Source: Cyanobacteria bacterium P01_D01_bin.156
Lineage (GTDB): Bacteria > Cyanobacteriota > Cyanobacteriia > Phormidesmidales > Phormidesmidaceae
Assembly: GCA_039024555.1 (NCBI GenBank)
Contig: JBCCQQ010000017.1
Coordinates: 38,252 to 102,251, forward strand
Length of the DNA: 64,000 bases
Direction of reading: 5' to 3'
The position numbers were made by a program, and so were the translations under genes. Under the pieces are notes generated by a model that was not told the DNA's origin, did no database searches, and saw only the letters and a program-made list of their open reading frames with translations. Of the stretch, positions 1-10,050 are shown one piece after another; within the stretch, counting starts at the first letter, position 1, and the number at the start of each line of letters is the position of its first letter.

Positions 1-92
1 GGGTTTACTGTATCGAGTACATAGCTGATGCCCACTAGGTGCTTTGGCGACAACCCACGGCCTGAGCTATGTGCACCAATGGCATTTTGAAT

Positions 93-142
93 ATCCATAA
101 AAAGAGCAGGGGATAAAACTGTCCCCTGCTCTTTTTATGGAT
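93..142. terminator. Bidirectional intrinsic terminator (21-bp perfect inverted repeat)
   Basis: ATCCATAAAAAGAGCAGGGGA-taaaactg-TCCCCTGCTCTTTTTATGGAT; GC core flanked by A and T tracts. Confidence 0.85.
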
Positions 143-454
143 TTACGAATTGTTTAGGAAGTTGGTGTGGTTTTTTCTGAAATAGTGCTGCAGGTTTGCA
201 AGAAGAGTTTGTAAAACCGTAAATATGCCGTTTTTTCGTTAAGGGATAAATCGCTCTGTCAGCGATGTAATTTCCTGGAATTTCTCAGATGTAATCACTT
301 TGAGGCTGAAAAATCTATCCACATCTATGCAAGATTCTTTTGAAACGCCCCAATGAGAATAGATAACTATGGAAAATTAAAAGAAAATCACGCCAGTTTG
401 GATGGGCATCTACTGAATTTTAGACAGACTATTCATTTATTTTTCAATAAAACC

Positions 455-2050
455 GTGCCTAAGCCCCCCAATTCCAACCTTATCGGATGTTTGACCCTAC
501 TCGCTGCGTCTGGTACTGCCAGTTTAGACGCCGTCTATGCAGCAGAGGCTTTGCCAGATGGAGATACCCACGCTGATGCTAGCAATCTTAACCATGCTGA
601 ACCCACCAACTCATTGGAGCCTGGGGAGGTCATTCGCACCCACGCTCAAACCCTTAACCCCGATGACAGCAGTCAACCTGTCTTTATTTCTCACAGTGAT
701 CGTCTCGGAGATACTACATTAAACAATCACGTAGCCCTGGAAAAAGAGGATACCACCCAATCAGAGAAATTACAGTGGTTGATACAAACAGCAACCCGTG
801 ATACATCCACTAATAGTAATCTGTTGGCCGAAAGAAGAACAGCTAGCTCCGGGGTTCTAGAGGGGGAGCCAACCAGCCAAATCTTTGAACCAACTGGTTT
901 AGACGCTAGGGTAAACCAGGATGAAATCGAATTAAGTGTTACCGATCATGCGTCTACGGATAACCTCGCTGAGACAGCAGAGACTCTGCACTCAACGATA
1001 GCTCGGTCCGAGGAATCGATTTTAGCATCACCTGAATTGTTGATTTTGTCTATTGAACAAGAACAGATTGTAGAACCTCCTGTTCTGTCTGTGGAACCAG
1101 AGTCACTATCATCCTATACCGTTGATGGAACCTCACCTGATACTGTTGATACCCCTGTGGTAACGTCGGCTCAATCTTTAACTGCGGAATACACTGAAGA
1201 GCCGGTATTAGTAACTGATACACCAGCCCAGCTGAGGACATCTGCCGCATTAGAAACAGATGTTATAGCTCAGCTGCCCATTGAGCCACCTTTACCAGGA
1301 GGGCGTCCTGATGAAGCAACTGAGCAGCTTCTGGACGAACTTTTTCAGGCGGGTGAAACTATTAGAGAAAATAGTGGCTACAGTAGCTCCCCATCCGTTA
1401 CCATCTCTAACCCATCGGGGTTTGGTGCCGATAACAGAACGGCTTTTATAGGTGTAGGTTATCAAGAACGTACACGTTTTGCTAATAAAGATGATGGTGG
1501 ACTGGTGGTAGGTGTTGGTTTGGGAGATGCTCGCGATAATGTTGGTGTGCAGCTCTCCTACACAGTCGCTAGCTTTGGAGGCAGTCGTGACTTTGGTGCG
1601 GGTGGATTCAATGCCAAGCTCCATAAGCGCTTGGCTGAAGACTGGTCCGTAGCCCTAGGTTGGGAAGGATTTATAACCACCGCCGATGTGGTGGACTTTG
1701 AAGACTCGATCTACGGCTCTGTTTCTCATATTATTCGAACTCGGGATAGTATTACTCAACCCTTTAGTCGGGTGGCCCTTACTGCGGGCGTGGGGAATGG
1801 TAGGTTTCGCACTGAAGATGATGTATTTGATGATCGCGACAGTATTGGTGTTTTTGGTAGTGTTGCCGTGCGGGTGGACGAACCAGTTAGTGCCATTGTG
1901 GAATGGACGGGGCAAGATTTGGCTGTAGGGCTATCGATTACGCCCTTTAAGGATGTGCCTTTGGTGATACTACCCGCAGTTCGTGATATTGCCGGCGCTG
2001 GTGATGGTGGTCGTTTTGTTATGGGTGCTGGTTTTTCATTCCGGTTTTGA
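455..2050 (+). CDS. Secreted protein with long acidic low-complexity N-terminus and C-terminal putative outer-membrane beta-barrel
   Basis: ORF 353..2050; in-frame GTG at 455 gives a signal-peptide-like start (VPKPPNSNLIGCLTLLAASG...VYA-AE); C-terminal ~220 aa has alternating Gly/aromatic strands and ends FSFRF (terminal Phe). Start uncertain. Confidence 0.65.
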   Translation: MPKPPNSNLIGCLTLLAASGTASLDAVYAAEALPDGDTHADASNLNHAEPTNSLEPGEVIRTHAQTLNPDDSSQPVFISHSDRLGDTTLNNHVALEKEDTTQSEKLQWLIQTATRDTSTNSNLLAERRTASSGVLEGEPTSQIFEPTGLDARVNQDEIELSVTDHASTDNLAETAETLHSTIARSEESILASPELLILSIEQEQIVEPPVLSVEPESLSSYTVDGTSPDTVDTPVVTSAQSLTAEYTEEPVLVTDTPAQLRTSAALETDVIAQLPIEPPLPGGRPDEATEQLLDELFQAGETIRENSGYSSSPSVTISNPSGFGADNRTAFIGVGYQERTRFANKDDGGLVVGVGLGDARDNVGVQLSYTVASFGGSRDFGAGGFNAKLHKRLAEDWSVALGWEGFITTADVVDFEDSIYGSVSHIIRTRDSITQPFSRVALTAGVGNGRFRTEDDVFDDRDSIGVFGSVAVRVDEPVSAIVEWTGQDLAVGLSITPFKDVPLVILPAVRDIAGAGDGGRFVMGAGFSFRF

Positions 2051-2173
2051 ATCTAGGGTTTTTCTTACAGTATCAATGATGATTTTTGCCTTGGGACGGT
2101 AATACTGTAGGCAGAAGGCTCTACCAATATCTAATGAACTAGAAATGTCTGATAGCTAGCCCCTCACATTGAG

Positions 2174-2668
2174 GTGGACAATCAAAATATGCTCTTGCTA
2201 AAACTGTTTCGATCCACGGATTATCTCTGGAAACTGTTCATGGGTAGTGTGGTTATGCTCACACTTTTTCCCACAGTTGCTTTGAGTCAGAACAACCAGT
2301 CGGATGTTACCGGTCCTAATCTATCAGATGTCACTGGACCAAACCTATCGGACGTTACTGGCCCTAATCAATCTGACAATACTGGCATTTTAAGGGAAGA
2401 AATTTTTCAAACTTCCACTGGCGACTTTGTCACTCTCGGAGAATTCTTCCAGGACTTTTTTGAAACCTATGGAGAAGAATTTGCCTTAGATTCTAGCGGT
2501 AGCCTAGAAGAAAGCTTGAGGGAGGTCGGCCGAGCCTGTTCTAATGATCAGCCCAATAGCACTGCCTGCATTGAGTTTAGCGATCTTGTGCAAGTTGCTA
2601 GACTGTCTCTAGAAAACTATAGACGGACCGCTAATGAGTCGCTTCCAGCCAATCGTCGAGTGTGGTAG
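2174..2668 (+). CDS. Small secreted protein with SDVTGPN(L/Q) tandem repeats
   Basis: Hydrophobic signal ending VALS-Q; 3.6 copies of an 8-aa repeat; Cys pair near C-terminus; start may be a downstream ATG. Confidence 0.7.
   Translation: MDNQNMLLLKLFRSTDYLWKLFMGSVVMLTLFPTVALSQNNQSDVTGPNLSDVTGPNLSDVTGPNQSDNTGILREEIFQTSTGDFVTLGEFFQDFFETYGEEFALDSSGSLEESLREVGRACSNDQPNSTACIEFSDLVQVARLSLENYRRTANESLPANRRVW
2300..2386 (+). repeat. Intragenic 24-bp tandem repeat encoding SDVTGPNL x2, SDVTGPNQ, SDNTG
   Basis: TCGGATGTTACCGGTCCTAATCTA / TCAGATGTCACTGGACCAAACCTA / TCGGACGTTACTGGCCCTAATCAA / TCTGACAATACTGGC. Confidence 0.9.
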
Positions 2669-2785
2669 TAACTCTTTTGACACGTGGGGTATTCTCCTTG
2701 AGATGGACACCATTGTTAAATTTGGCTTTCTAGCGCTCAACGGATGTTGCTCCGTCTAGGGGAATTTAAGAAACAATACAGTGAT

Positions 2786-2824
2786 GGGCAGGTTTTTATT
2801 ATGGGAGACCTGCCCTTAATTTTT
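2786..2824 (+). terminator. Putative intrinsic terminator
   Basis: GGGCAGGTTT...AGACCTGCCC followed by TTAATTTTT. Confidence 0.55.
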
Positions 2825-2881
2825 GTGGTATTGCTATTCTTGAACTATCTCCCTACGGAGAAGTGAGAAACCACAATTACG

Positions 2882-3964
2882 ATGAGAATAGTCGGGTTGC
2901 CAGAACATCGCAAAATCTTGCATGTGGATATGGATGCCTTTTATGCGTCCATTGAGCAGCGAGATAATGTTGACTATCGACAGCGTCCCATTGTGGTTGG
3001 TGGCCGTCCAGAGCAGCGAGGGGCGGTGGCTGCTGCCAGCTATGAGGCCAGACGTTATGGGATTCATTCAGCGATGCCGGCTCGCGTGGCTGTGCAGCGC
3101 TGCCCCCACGTTATTTTTGTGCGTCCTCGATTTGATGTGTATCGAGAGGTTTCGGAGCAGATTCGAGCCATTTTTCGGGACTATACAGAATTAGTGGAAC
3201 CCCTATCTTTGGATGAAGCCTATCTGGATGTTACGGGGTGTGAGTCTGCGATCGCAACTGCTAAAGCCATCAAACAGCGGATTGTAGACACCACACAGCT
3301 CACCGCATCGGCGGGGGTATCGATTAATAAGTTTTTAGCCAAAATGGCCTCTGATGTGAACAAACCTAACGGGCTCTATGTCATTTTGCCCCAGGATGCC
3401 ATGGCCTTTATTGCCACCCTTACCATCGAAAAATTCCATGGTATTGGACCAGCTACCGCCCGGAAAATGAAGCAACTGGGTATTAGCACAGGAGCCGACC
3501 TGCAACAGTGGAACGAACCTGACCTGGTGGAGCACTTTGGTAAAGTTGGTCGTCACTATTTTCGGATTGCCAATGCTCAAGATAATCGCCCGGTAGATCC
3601 TAATCGCATTCGTAAATCCATTGGAGCTGAGCGCAGCTTTACCGAGGATTTGATGAGCTTAGACTCAATGACAATGGCCCTAACCAAGATTGTGACGGAC
3701 GTAGAAGAGCGCTTGCTCAAGGCCAAAAAGATGGGCTACACCTTAACGCTAAAAATTAAATATGCCGACTATCGTCAAATTACCCGTAGTCGCACCGTCG
3801 AGATTCCCATGCAGCGGGCTACGGAGATGGGACCCCTAGCCCAAGCATTGCTAGAACATTACCTAGAACCGACACCCCAGGTGAGGCTTTTAGGAGTGGC
3901 TATGGCTAATTTGGTGCCTGCGACCTATGGAGGATATCAACAACTGTCGTTGCCTGTGCAGTAG
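2882..3964 (+). CDS. dinB: DNA polymerase IV (Y-family)
   Basis: KILHVDMDAFYASIEQRD, AASYEARRYGIHSAMP, SLDEAYLD, RKSIGAERSF motifs; C-terminal QLSL clamp-binding motif. Confidence 0.97.
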   Translation: MRIVGLPEHRKILHVDMDAFYASIEQRDNVDYRQRPIVVGGRPEQRGAVAAASYEARRYGIHSAMPARVAVQRCPHVIFVRPRFDVYREVSEQIRAIFRDYTELVEPLSLDEAYLDVTGCESAIATAKAIKQRIVDTTQLTASAGVSINKFLAKMASDVNKPNGLYVILPQDAMAFIATLTIEKFHGIGPATARKMKQLGISTGADLQQWNEPDLVEHFGKVGRHYFRIANAQDNRPVDPNRIRKSIGAERSFTEDLMSLDSMTMALTKIVTDVEERLLKAKKMGYTLTLKIKYADYRQITRSRTVEIPMQRATEMGPLAQALLEHYLEPTPQVRLLGVAMANLVPATYGGYQQLSLPVQ

Positions 3965-4009
3965 TTGGCTGCCAATGCGTCCCTGTCTCGACGGCTCTAT
4001 TCCCGTGTA

Positions 4010-6301
4010 CTAACGCTTGAGCAGATCGCTGATGCTTAAACCGTCTTGGTTAGTGCTGCCATTTTTACCAGCGGCCACTAGAACCTTGGGATGTTCATGG
4101 GACATTAGCTCATCGTTGGCTGTGGGGAATTCAGGTTTGGTATCGTAGCCGTAGGCAGAATAGTACTTGTAACCATTGCCCTGAGCCTTAACACCGTTGG
4201 CGACCATCCCTAGTACCGGAATGTTGGTAAAACTGATGTTGTCCATGGCATGGCCGAGAATGTTGCGATCGCAAGTATTGATTCGAGATACCAAAATCAA
4301 TCCATCCGTATGTGGAGCAATTAACGTAGCATCAGCCAAACCAACAATGGGTGGAGCATCATAAACAATCAGATCAAACTCTTTTTCCAACCGTCGCATC
4401 AACAACCGCATCCGTTTAGAAGATAACAGCTTGACAGGGTCAGGAGGGAGCGTACCAGCTGTGATTGCATAAAAATGCAGAAAGGGCATGGCCTTATTTA
4501 ATACATTACCCACGCTAGCGTTGCCCGATAGTAGGTCGCTTAGCCCTTTGCTGTTGTTAATTCCTAATCGATGATGTACCGTAGGCCGTCGCAGATCCGT
4601 ATCCACTAATAAAACCCGTTTACCCATGGTGGCGGCTGTTTGAGCTAGATGTCTGGCTACCGTTGATTTTCCTTCATTGGGCATTGCCGAACTGAGAATA
4701 ACCGACTGAATGGGCCGATCGGCCCCCATCAACATCAAATTTGTCTGCAACAGTCGCATAGATTCCAAAAACTGCGAGCCACCATATCCGTAGTAGCCAT
4801 TGGTTGTTGCCGGATCTTTCTTAACCAGCTGTTGTTTTAGCCACTGGTCTATACCTCCGGCCTGCTGCGTATGGGCATCATCAAACTCTGGCTGGTACGG
4901 AATTGTCCCCAGTAAAGGTAGTTTTACGATTCCCTTGAGTTCATCTACCGTACGACAAACCGTATCTAACTTCTCCAGGAGTAGAGCTGCCCCTACGCTT
5001 ACCAATAGACTAGCCACAATGCCGAGTACCAAACTACGTTTGGCATTGGGAGAAATCGGAACCTCTGGTTTGCTAGGTGCTTCAATCACTTCCCAAGGAA
5101 TTTCCGTTTGGGCCGCTTCGATTTGTAACGTCTCTCGGGTTTCCAAAAATCGCCCCAGGGCACCGACGGCAATGTCCAACTCCCGCTGTAGGTCGCTATA
5201 TTGTCGGGCCAGGGTGGGCAGCTGGGTCAGCGTATTTTGTAACTGAGCTTCTGCCGCTGCAATCGTCTGATTTTGAGTTTCCAAGATTTGAATGGCATTT
5301 TCAGCTTCGATATAGCGGGCATTTACCACGCGCTGGGCCTCTGCCTCAATCACCGGCAGCATCCTGGTCCGTTGCTCTTCGAGGATCTGAATCCTAAGAC
5401 TGCCCGGCTGAAACCGTGTTAATTCTGTGGCAATTTCTGTTTCTACCTGACGCAGTTCTTGAATCAGCTGCTGGTATACCGGTGCCATCTGTAAGGCTAC
5501 TTCGCCGCCGCCGTCTGCCAATAACAACTCATAGTTCGCCCGTGCTTCTGCTAGCTGTCGGTCTACTGCTAACCGCTGGGTGCTCAGCTGCTGGATCTGG
5601 GCTGCAATTTGTTGGTTTTGAGTTGCTGGATCGATAAAGTTGTAAGTCTGACGAAATCTTTCCAGCTGGCCTTGGAGTTCGTTTACACGGTCTTGGAGCT
5701 CTGGCAGCTGACCAGCTACAAACTGAATTCCCTGACGCAAATTGGTTTGGCGCTCGTCCAAACTGTATTTGAGATATACGGTAGCTAGGGCATCCAGAGT
5801 GGCCTGAATTTTTGTAGGATCCGTGCCGCGATAGCTTACCTCAATAATTTTGGTCTCTCCCACTCGTCGGATGGTGAGATTTCTGAGTAGACTCTCATAG
5901 TCTAGGTTTGGATCAACCGTTTTTAGCTCTTCTATCACCTGGTCAATGAGTTCAGGGCTGCGTAATACCTGTACTTGCGTTTCATAGTCTAGCCCTGATT
6001 GTTTTGTAGAGGCACCTTCTGCGAGTAAACCACTTAAATCGGAGAAATTATTGTCTGCATTAACCGGTTCCACTAGGACTTCAAAATTTCCCTCGTAGAC
6101 TGGTTCCTGACGCAGGGTGTTAAACATAACCGTTCCCAGGACTCCAGCCGCCACCCCAGTGATCATTAAAGACCGACGACGCAATACTGTGAGCAACTGG
6201 GCCAAATCCAGCTCATCGTCATCCCTGGCCCATGGCATTGGTGTGGGCGTAATTGCTAAACCGTTAGGGGGAGCACCGTTGGCTGAAGCAAAATTATCCA
6301 T
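4010..6301 (-). CDS. wzc: Polysaccharide co-polymerase / tyrosine autokinase (Wzc/GumC family)
   Basis: Two TM segments around a coiled coil; Walker A SAMPNEGKST, VLLVDTDLRRP, DAPP, C-terminal Tyr cluster YKYYSAYGY. Confidence 0.93.
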   Translation of the reverse strand: MDNFASANGAPPNGLAITPTPMPWARDDDELDLAQLLTVLRRRSLMITGVAAGVLGTVMFNTLRQEPVYEGNFEVLVEPVNADNNFSDLSGLLAEGASTKQSGLDYETQVQVLRSPELIDQVIEELKTVDPNLDYESLLRNLTIRRVGETKIIEVSYRGTDPTKIQATLDALATVYLKYSLDERQTNLRQGIQFVAGQLPELQDRVNELQGQLERFRQTYNFIDPATQNQQIAAQIQQLSTQRLAVDRQLAEARANYELLLADGGGEVALQMAPVYQQLIQELRQVETEIATELTRFQPGSLRIQILEEQRTRMLPVIEAEAQRVVNARYIEAENAIQILETQNQTIAAAEAQLQNTLTQLPTLARQYSDLQRELDIAVGALGRFLETRETLQIEAAQTEIPWEVIEAPSKPEVPISPNAKRSLVLGIVASLLVSVGAALLLEKLDTVCRTVDELKGIVKLPLLGTIPYQPEFDDAHTQQAGGIDQWLKQQLVKKDPATTNGYYGYGGSQFLESMRLLQTNLMLMGADRPIQSVILSSAMPNEGKSTVARHLAQTAATMGKRVLLVDTDLRRPTVHHRLGINNSKGLSDLLSGNASVGNVLNKAMPFLHFYAITAGTLPPDPVKLLSSKRMRLLMRRLEKEFDLIVYDAPPIVGLADATLIAPHTDGLILVSRINTCDRNILGHAMDNISFTNIPVLGMVANGVKAQGNGYKYYSAYGYDTKPEFPTANDELMSHEHPKVLVAAGKNGSTNQDGLSISDLLKR

Positions 6302-6359
6302 AGGACAAATTAAAAATAAACTTAGAGTCTAAGCGATCAAAAAAGAGATAAATGGGCTG

Positions 6360-7790
6360 TTAAAAGAGATTTCGGAATGGCAAAATTTGCAGGAAGGGAC
6401 GCAAAATACTGCTAACACTATCAGTAAATCGAGCCGTTGCATTAGGATCAACAACAACAATGTCGTTATGCTGCAAAATCGGATTTCTCTCGTCGTCTAG
6501 TCCTTGAGCCAGGTCTACCTCAATGGCTCGTTGGGTCACCGAACCATTAGGATTCAACCGAATTAAGGCCACCTTTTCTTTGGCTCGGTTGTTGAAGCCA
6601 CCGGCGGCTAATACCGCCTGGTTCAGGGTAGTGTTAGCCGCCACAGCCACCGGACCAGGAGATTCCACTTCGCCAACAACATTAACGGCAATGGAGTCTG
6701 GCGACAGGTTGGTAGCGGTGAGAATACTAATCTGATCGGGGGTAGCGTTAAAGTCGGTGGGTACCAAAATGGTGTCGCCTTCTTGCAAAATCAAGTCCTG
6801 TCCCCGGTCTCCTGCCTCCACCAGCTGCCATAGGTTGAGGTCAATAATGCGACTCTCGCCAGAGCGCATCGTCCGTTTCACCTGTACCTGACGCAGGTCC
6901 GCCATGGGTTTGACGCCACCAGCCAGCTGTAGCGCCCGGGTTACCGTTAATCGCCCCGGCTGTTGAACGCTGGCGTTGTTCCCCACTACGGACTGGCTAG
7001 AACTAGAGCGAGAGGCGTAGTTATAGGTGCCGGGGCTAAATACTTCTCCTACGATTGCCACACTAATGGGTGCCTGGGCATCGGTAGAGATGTTAGATAG
7101 GGCAATCTGTCGAGACGCTTCGAGATCAATCTCCTCCGCTTGAGTGATAACAATGGAGTCCCCATCCCGTAGGGAAAAATCTTGACTGAGGTCGCCCTGC
7201 CGCAACAGAGCTGACAGATTACTGATTACTCGCTGGATGCCGCCATTTTCCACCTGGCGCTGAATTTCCACCTGGCGCAGATCCGCTGCTTGGGTAATTC
7301 CCCCGGCTAGTTTAATAGCTTCGATCAAGCTGGGAAACTGGCCTTGTTCTCCGATATTTAGGGTGTAAAGACCCGGCGCGTGAATTTCTCCTGTAAGGGC
7401 TACACGCAGCTGACGGGGCGTGAGCAGGTTCACGGTAATTTGGGGATAGCGCACTTCGGTGCTGTATTTTGTACTGATAGCCTGTTCTGCCTGCGCTAGA
7501 GTGAGGCCATTGACGGATACTTGACCCACTGCAGGTAAGTTTACATTGCCATTAGCTAGGACTCGTTGTTGGCCGCTGTATTCTGGAACATTAAATACAT
7601 CGACGGTAATTAAGTCCCCAGGCCCTAGAAGATAATTTTCATCTAGTAGAGTGACCGGAGCTACAGTATTGCCAGTCAAAATTGGTAAAGTCGCTAGGGC
7701 TATCTGTGCGCTGCTGACCACAGTTCCTAGGGCCAATCCGGCCCCGATAATAGTACGAACTACGGTAGAAAAACTGACAAGGTTGGTCAT
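6360..7790 (-). CDS. wza: Polysaccharide export protein (Poly_export + SLBB repeats)
   Basis: YLLGPGDLITVDVF, three VxGEVxxPG...A..AGG SLBB repeats, amphipathic C-terminal helix; adjacent to wzc. Confidence 0.93.
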   Translation of the reverse strand: MTNLVSFSTVVRTIIGAGLALGTVVSSAQIALATLPILTGNTVAPVTLLDENYLLGPGDLITVDVFNVPEYSGQQRVLANGNVNLPAVGQVSVNGLTLAQAEQAISTKYSTEVRYPQITVNLLTPRQLRVALTGEIHAPGLYTLNIGEQGQFPSLIEAIKLAGGITQAADLRQVEIQRQVENGGIQRVISNLSALLRQGDLSQDFSLRDGDSIVITQAEEIDLEASRQIALSNISTDAQAPISVAIVGEVFSPGTYNYASRSSSSQSVVGNNASVQQPGRLTVTRALQLAGGVKPMADLRQVQVKRTMRSGESRIIDLNLWQLVEAGDRGQDLILQEGDTILVPTDFNATPDQISILTATNLSPDSIAVNVVGEVESPGPVAVAANTTLNQAVLAAGGFNNRAKEKVALIRLNPNGSVTQRAIEVDLAQGLDDERNPILQHNDIVVVDPNATARFTDSVSSILRPFLQILPFRNLF

Positions 7791-7871
7791 TGATGTTAAA
7801 ACCTGCAGACATTATCAGTGGAGAATTAAGCACAGCGTTGCTATGGAAGCGAATAATTCAAGCCCCTTAGG

Positions 7872-7903
7872 ATAACTGCGATTGTAATTGCAATAAATCC
7901 GGA
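7872..7903 (-). promoter_or_regulatory. DIF1-like promoter candidate for wza-wzc
   Basis: Minus strand TCCGGA (7903-7898) N17 CGCAGTTAT; resembles TCCTGA-N16-CGTAGATAT of the sRNA repeats. Confidence 0.4.
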
Positions 7904-8139
7904 AAACTTAATGGTTCTGTCGGGTTTTAACGGGAGATAGACATTAGGACATTCTCTTCTAAAATGAACTCTCTTCCCCTATTGGAAAATAATTTAAGGC
8001 CTTTATGTTGTCTAATAATTCAAAGTGTAATTGGCTTAATAATTAACCTCAGACGATACTAATATCCTATTCGTTTGCCTAGATACGGCTTGATCTTCTA
8101 GGAAAAAGCATGGGTTTCTTCGTGTGGGAATCGTTTTTA

Positions 8140-8165
8140 TCCAGAAAGCGGCAATTATTTTGGTA
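8140..8165 (+). promoter_or_regulatory. DIF1-like promoter candidate for the WecA-like gene
   Basis: TCCAGA-N17-GTA, same spacing as the sRNA promoters. Confidence 0.35.
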
Positions 8166-8792
8166 TAACCTTTATGGTGGATTTACTTAGCACAGACAAG
8201 AATTAACTTAAAAATGACTGCTTTGTGGTTATTTCATTTTTATTTCTTGAATTGCTGATGACAAGAAACGATTTTATTTACTCAATATTTTATTTCCGTA
8301 TTCTTTACTTCTTTAGTCCTGAAACGCTGCTCTATATTTGAACGTGTTGTAGACTTTCCGAGTCAATTTTGTTTCCTATACCTAAGTCTTGGGTAGGCTT
8401 GTAGTATATGGAAATGTCTGCATCGAATCGTTTATCGAGTAAATCAATGCATCTGCTGTGCAGGCAACAAATTTTAGATGGGTTTTACAGGGTTGATCGA
8501 GTATTTCTGATTTGTCGATGACTACCTATCAAAGGGGTTTAATGACCGTAATGTCACATAAATCAGCAGTAGTGAAAGTCGCTATCATCTCGTCCGTTAA
8601 AGCAATATCACCCGTGTTTTTTGGGTTGGTAAAACCCAGATTCTAATGTTTGGGTGTCGTTGATGCTGTGTGTGGTTTTATCTGAAAAAATATAGTTGTC
8701 TGTGTTTTAGGCAGATAATTTCATGCTCTAAATTAGCAGCGGCACTGTTTGTAGCATATTGAACATCTGTCCTGTTCGCTATTGGCATTGGT

Positions 8793-9863
8793 GTGATGCT
8801 TAATCTTTTAGCATTGTCGTTTGTCTCTGACTATGTCTTTTATTTGGTTGCGTTTGCCAGTGCGTTTTCTGTTGTATTAGTTAGTGTTCCTGTTGTTCGT
8901 TATGTAGCCATTTATGGTGGTTGGGTAGATGTGCCCTGCGATCGCAAAGTTCATAAAAACCCCACAGTACGTTTAGGGGGGCTAGCTATTTTTGCTGGAA
9001 CTGTTGCAACGGCTACAGGCCTCTGGTGTGTCGGTGGCTTTAGTGGCCTACTTTCTAAAGAACAGCAAGAGATCTTAGTTATGTTGTGGGGGGGGACTGG
9101 TTACTTCCTGCTCGGTTTTTTGGATGATCTGTATTCTCTATCACCTAAGTTTCGCTTAGGATGTCAGTTGGCCATTGCAACCTTAGTGTGGTGCTTTGGT
9201 ATTCGCATTGATTTTATTACAGTGCCCGGTTTTGGCCTTGTGCATCTGGCCTGGCTTAGTTTGCCTGTTACCCTGCTGTGGATTGCAGGGATGGTGAATG
9301 CCATCAACTGGATTGATGGTCTTGATGGGCTAGCATCCGGTGTGAGCGCTATTTCTACGCTAATCACCGTTGGCATTTGTTTATTTGTTGGTGAGCCCTC
9401 AGTAGCCCTGTTAGCGCTGTGTCTACTGGGCAGCCTTTGTGGCTTTTTGGTGTATAACTTTAATCCAGCCTGGATTTTTATGGGCGATGGCGGATCTTAT
9501 TTTATTGGCTTTATGCTGGCGGTAATCAGCATTACCGGTCTAGTGAAAGGGGCTACAGCCATAACAATTCCCTTTGTCGTTCTGGCTGTTCCCATCTTTG
9601 ATATGGCACTTGTGATTATTTCGAGGTTAGTTCGTCGAAAATCTCCCTTTGAAGCCGACAAAAGTCATTTACATCACAGATTGCTCAGGGTGGGTTTACC
9701 CCATCGATTAACGGTGTTGTTTATTTATGCCCTTAGCTTCTGGATCGGTAGTTGGGCTTTTACATTAGCCCCGATTCCCAATGGGTTGTTGGTCTTGTTA
9801 GTTGCAACCCTTGTTTTAGGTCTCATGTTCTGGCAAGCCTGGCAGGTAGCGCGTGTTTCATAG
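8793..9863 (+). CDS. Undecaprenyl-phosphate alpha-N-acetylglucosaminyl 1-phosphate transferase (MraY/WecA family)
   Basis: RKVH..P..RLGGLAIF, GFLDD, NAINWIDGLDGLA, NFNPA.IFMGDGGS, D..HLHHRL; ~11 TM segments. Confidence 0.92.
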   Translation: MMLNLLALSFVSDYVFYLVAFASAFSVVLVSVPVVRYVAIYGGWVDVPCDRKVHKNPTVRLGGLAIFAGTVATATGLWCVGGFSGLLSKEQQEILVMLWGGTGYFLLGFLDDLYSLSPKFRLGCQLAIATLVWCFGIRIDFITVPGFGLVHLAWLSLPVTLLWIAGMVNAINWIDGLDGLASGVSAISTLITVGICLFVGEPSVALLALCLLGSLCGFLVYNFNPAWIFMGDGGSYFIGFMLAVISITGLVKGATAITIPFVVLAVPIFDMALVIISRLVRRKSPFEADKSHLHHRLLRVGLPHRLTVLFIYALSFWIGSWAFTLAPIPNGLLVLLVATLVLGLMFWQAWQVARVS

Positions 9864-10050
9864 AGGTTTGAACTTTAGAGAATGTGTGAGCTTCTAAAAA
9901 CTTACGGTTTGCTGTCTGTATAGGCTATGGGCCTTAAAGCTTTGACCTGTTTAACAAGTCTCCCATTGTGTAGAGACTTATCAAATTTTATTTATTTCTC
10001 AGCTAAACGCTCGCTGCTTTTTTGTAGCTCAATCATTAATTTTCTTTCCT

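Noticed and set aside
2670..2881. LexA box upstream of dinB
   Set aside because: No cyanobacterial RGTAC-N3-DGTWC match seen
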